Source: Caedibacter taeniospiralis
Lineage (GTDB): Bacteria > Pseudomonadota > Gammaproteobacteria > Francisellales > Francisellaceae
Direction: 5' to 3'
Length of the DNA: 7,418 nucleotides
NCBI RefSeq assembly: GCF_002803295.2
Contig: NZ_PGGB02000018.1
Coordinates: forward strand, 1 to 7,418
In this document: positions 5,608-7,418 of the stretch, in pieces
Position numbering within the stretch: position 1 is the first letter of the stretch
How the letters are laid out: each line of letters begins with the position of its first letter
Position numbers and translations under genes: made by a program
The notes under the pieces: model-generated
What the model saw: the letters and a program-made list of their open reading frames with translations, nothing else
Databases searched by the model: none
What the model was told of the DNA's origin: nothing

Positions 5608-6744
5608 CTATCTTCTATTTTTCTGCCAGTTTGTATATGGAATACCTGTATTGGTTTTTGTATAGCTTGGTGATTTTTGTTGATCACCTAATGCGTTGAA
5701 ATAATTTCCTAACGCCATCGAGCCGCCCATAACACCCAGTTGTCCTAACGTTTCTCCAAATTTAGGTGGTTGAGCTTGAAAATATCCCATCTGATGTGCG
5801 TAGTGTTGATTCAGTGCGCTCAGCTGTGCATTGTGAGCATTGAGTTTGTTGACATATTCAGCCATCGATACGGAGGGCGCCATAGAGCGATTCGCTTTTT
5901 CAAAATCGCCTGTCACAATACCTTCTCCAATGCCAATGCGAGCTTGCTGACGCGCAATATCATGAGCTTCTGCATGATTTTTTAAATCATACGCCATGGA
6001 AACTGCTTCAAGCTGCTTGGCACGCTGATTTTCCTGAAGTGCAAAGTCGGTTAATTTGTGTTGGCGCTCTGCTTGATATCTGCTTATATCTACTTCAAAT
6101 TGCTTATGAGCGAGTTCTTGACCGTAGATTTCAGCGTCAATATTCGCTTTTGTTTGAGCGATAGCTTGTTCTTTGACTAAACGTGCGTGTAAATCATTAG
6201 CAGCACTGCTATCTATATGACCTGAACGACTTAATCTCTCATGCAATGCAAATTCATTTTGTCTGAAAGCTTCATCAAGATCAAGCACAGTCTTTTGCAT
6301 CGCTTTAAAAGCATTCACTTGCTCTCTAAATTGTTGTTGATTTGGAACATCCGATCCTAATACCTCGGCTAAATTATCCAGTCTTTGATCATTTATCTGT
6401 GCAAAAGTATCAATAATCGATTGGTAAGCATGCACAGAAGAGGGCTCCACACGATAAAGCTCATTGAGTTTACTGATGGATTCTGCCAAAATTTGACTGC
6501 CAATTCTAAAAGTTTCCGCTTCTTCTGGAGTACGGTCAGTACGCGCAATAACCCGTCGCTTTTTGCCATCAGAGCCAACAACAATCGATGATTTCACGCC
6601 AGCTATCTCATCAATAACATCCATCATATCTTCAGGTTTCGGCGCCTCTGGAAGAGAAGGCGCTTGAGGCGGTTTTCGCCTTGAAGAATGATTAAGTAAA
6701 GCACCTCCTAAGGCAAGTCCGCCAGCAATTATAGCTCCCCACAT
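5608..6744 (-). CDS. Membrane-anchored coiled-coil protein, 378 aa; possible phage internal or ejection protein
   Basis: The 1137 nt ORF has a good SD (GAGGA, 7 nt before the ATG). It has an N-terminal hydrophobic helix (MWGAIIAGGLALGGALLN) followed by RRK and a Pro-rich linker (PPQAPSLPEAPKPE). The centre is a long Gln/Ala/Glu-rich helical region. A second Gly-rich hydrophobic patch lies near the C-terminus (GQLGVMGGSMALGNYF). Confidence 0.85.
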   Translation of the reverse strand: MWGAIIAGGLALGGALLNHSSRRKPPQAPSLPEAPKPEDMMDVIDEIAGVKSSIVVGSDGKKRRVIARTDRTPEEAETFRIGSQILAESISKLNELYRVEPSSVHAYQSIIDTFAQINDQRLDNLAEVLGSDVPNQQQFREQVNAFKAMQKTVLDLDEAFRQNEFALHERLSRSGHIDSSAANDLHARLVKEQAIAQTKANIDAEIYGQELAHKQFEVDISRYQAERQHKLTDFALQENQRAKQLEAVSMAYDLKNHAEAHDIARQQARIGIGEGIVTGDFEKANRSMAPSVSMAEYVNKLNAHNAQLSALNQHYAHQMGYFQAQPPKFGETLGQLGVMGGSMALGNYFNALGDQQKSPSYTKTNTGIPYTNWQKNRR

Positions 6745-6799
6745 CGTCTTATCCTCGATAATTTCGTTATTCTAAACTGTCTGAGTTTTTCTAAATGTT

Positions 6800-7418
6800 T
6801 CATGAAACACGTCTCCAAAAAAGAAGTTTGTAATGCAAAATATTCAACCCATGGCGGTGGGCCTCACCATGGCCTGTCTCTTGGGTTTGTTTCGTTGAAA
6901 TACCCGCATACGCTGCTAAATTAATTTGTCCTGCTGTCATCCCATAGTTGCCAACGACACTTATACCGTGTGAATGTGGCGGAATTTGTCCAACAGTCAA
7001 TGTCGTCAACTCTGTTGCGCCAGTATCTATCCGCTCTTTACCCATTTGCTGACCAGTATTTTCAGAATTACTCGTCATAATGGAGTATCCTTCCTGCAAT
7101 AATTCCCACGCAACATAATCTGAGCCGTGCATTGGTGGTGTAACATAAATGAAGCCGATGAATATACTGCCTATAGGATGAAATTGATTCAGTAGTTTCA
7201 AAGCAGCATTCGATTGAATTTCCTCGATTCTCTTGATTTTTTCTTCTAATTGCAATGAAGTGTTATGATGCTCTTTACTCATCATTGCAAAATTTTCTGC
7301 AATCTCATTCCCATCAGTCAGATAGGACAGATAAGGCAAATAGCCAAATGTTGGATGATTCGGGTTAAGTGGAAATTTGCCAACAATATTGGCGAGCATG
7401 CAAAACAAAACTTCACCA
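6800..7418 (-). CDS. Phage tail-fibre / baseplate-type receptor-binding protein (tail-collar-like C-terminal domain); 5' end uncertain, frame open to the right window edge
   Basis: Numbering from the track start, the motifs are HPIGSIF (77-83), LTVGQIPPHSHG (137-148) and GHGEAHRHG...LLFWRR (179-200). As I recall, these match the PVGSIY / LTxxQMPxHxH / GGGQxHNN...W.R pattern of phage tail-collar/tail-fibre C-terminal domains. A heptad-like segment (LQLEEKIKRIEEIQS) precedes them. The track start at 7408 is a TTG, the first ATG is at 7399, and codons 7409..7417 (G-E-V) are also open, so the gene may begin outside the window. Confidence 0.7.
   Translation of the reverse strand, partial: GEVLFCMLANIVGKFPLNPNHPTFGYLPYLSYLTDGNEIAENFAMMSKEHHNTSLQLEEKIKRIEEIQSNAALKLLNQFHPIGSIFIGFIYVTPPMHGSDYVAWELLQEGYSIMTSNSENTGQQMGKERIDTGATELTTLTVGQIPPHSHGISVVGNYGMTAGQINLAAYAGISTKQTQETGHGEAHRHGLNILHYKLLFWRRVS

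Larger units (their letters stand above)
2228..7418 (-). mobile_element. Partial phage-derived virion-structural gene block (fibre-like gene plus three large internal-protein-like genes)
   Basis: The four genes are unidirectional and tightly packed, with gaps of 55, 24 and -4 nt. One carries a recognisable tail-fibre domain. No integrase, att site or IS ends are visible, so boundaries and mobility are not established. Confidence 0.4.

Noticed and set aside
6393-6584. Minus-strand 63 aa ORF nested out of frame inside the 378 aa gene
   Set aside because: It is fully embedded in a longer same-strand CDS in a different frame. It has no independent translation signal, and its peptide has no recognisable feature.
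762-6591. Nine plus-strand ORFs of 60-118 aa from the track (762..944, 1792..2073, 2092..2316, 3628..3843, 3891..4217, 4469..4825, 5476..5673, 5770..5985, 6385..6591)
   Set aside because: Each lies antisense within, or mostly within, a much longer and better-supported minus-strand CDS. Their products are low-complexity and Leu/Ile/Phe/Cys/Ser-rich, as expected from reading AT-rich coding DNA backwards. I found no SD or promoter for any of them. I treat them as shadow ORFs.
1-7418. Scan for tRNA/rRNA genes, CRISPR repeat-spacer arrays, IS terminal inverted repeats, and integrase/transposase ORFs
   Set aside because: I saw none by eye. There are no regularly spaced direct repeats, no cloverleaf-like GC-rich segments and no ORF with recombinase motifs. 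The only repeats are the short in-frame coding repeats and the spacer hairpins listed above.

Overview
AT-rich 7.4 kb window in which every credible gene lies on the minus strand, so transcription runs right to left. The right two-thirds is a phage-like structural block. It starts with a tail-fibre/baseplate-type receptor-binding protein whose frame is still open at the right edge. Three large proteins of 378, 458 and 660 aa follow; they are coiled-coil or Gly/Ala-rich, and the last two overlap in ATGA. They resemble podovirus ejection or internal-virion proteins only in size, order and composition. Next comes an orphan 250 aa ORF. The left 1.3 kb holds three tandem paralogous small genes of the RebB / 'killing trait' family (114, 105 and 81 aa). 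From memory I recognise these as rebA, rebB and rebD of the type-51 R-body (refractile body) locus carried on pKAP plasmids of Caedibacter taeniospiralis, the Paramecium killer endosymbiont. A 17-codon start of a further ORF runs off the left edge and may be the next reb gene. The reb genes are separated by structured, AT-rich spacers: an extended -10 promoter before rebA, a short hairpin between rebA and rebB, and a roughly 80 nt composite hairpin plus U-tract in a 282 bp rebB-rebD spacer. I saw no tRNA, rRNA, CRISPR array, IS element or integrase. The core system (R-bodies) is already described. The unexplained parts are the 250 aa orphan, the three large uncharacterised proteins, and the regulatory architecture of the reb spacers. 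All family and organism assignments come from motif recognition and recollection, not from a search, and need BLAST/HMM confirmation.
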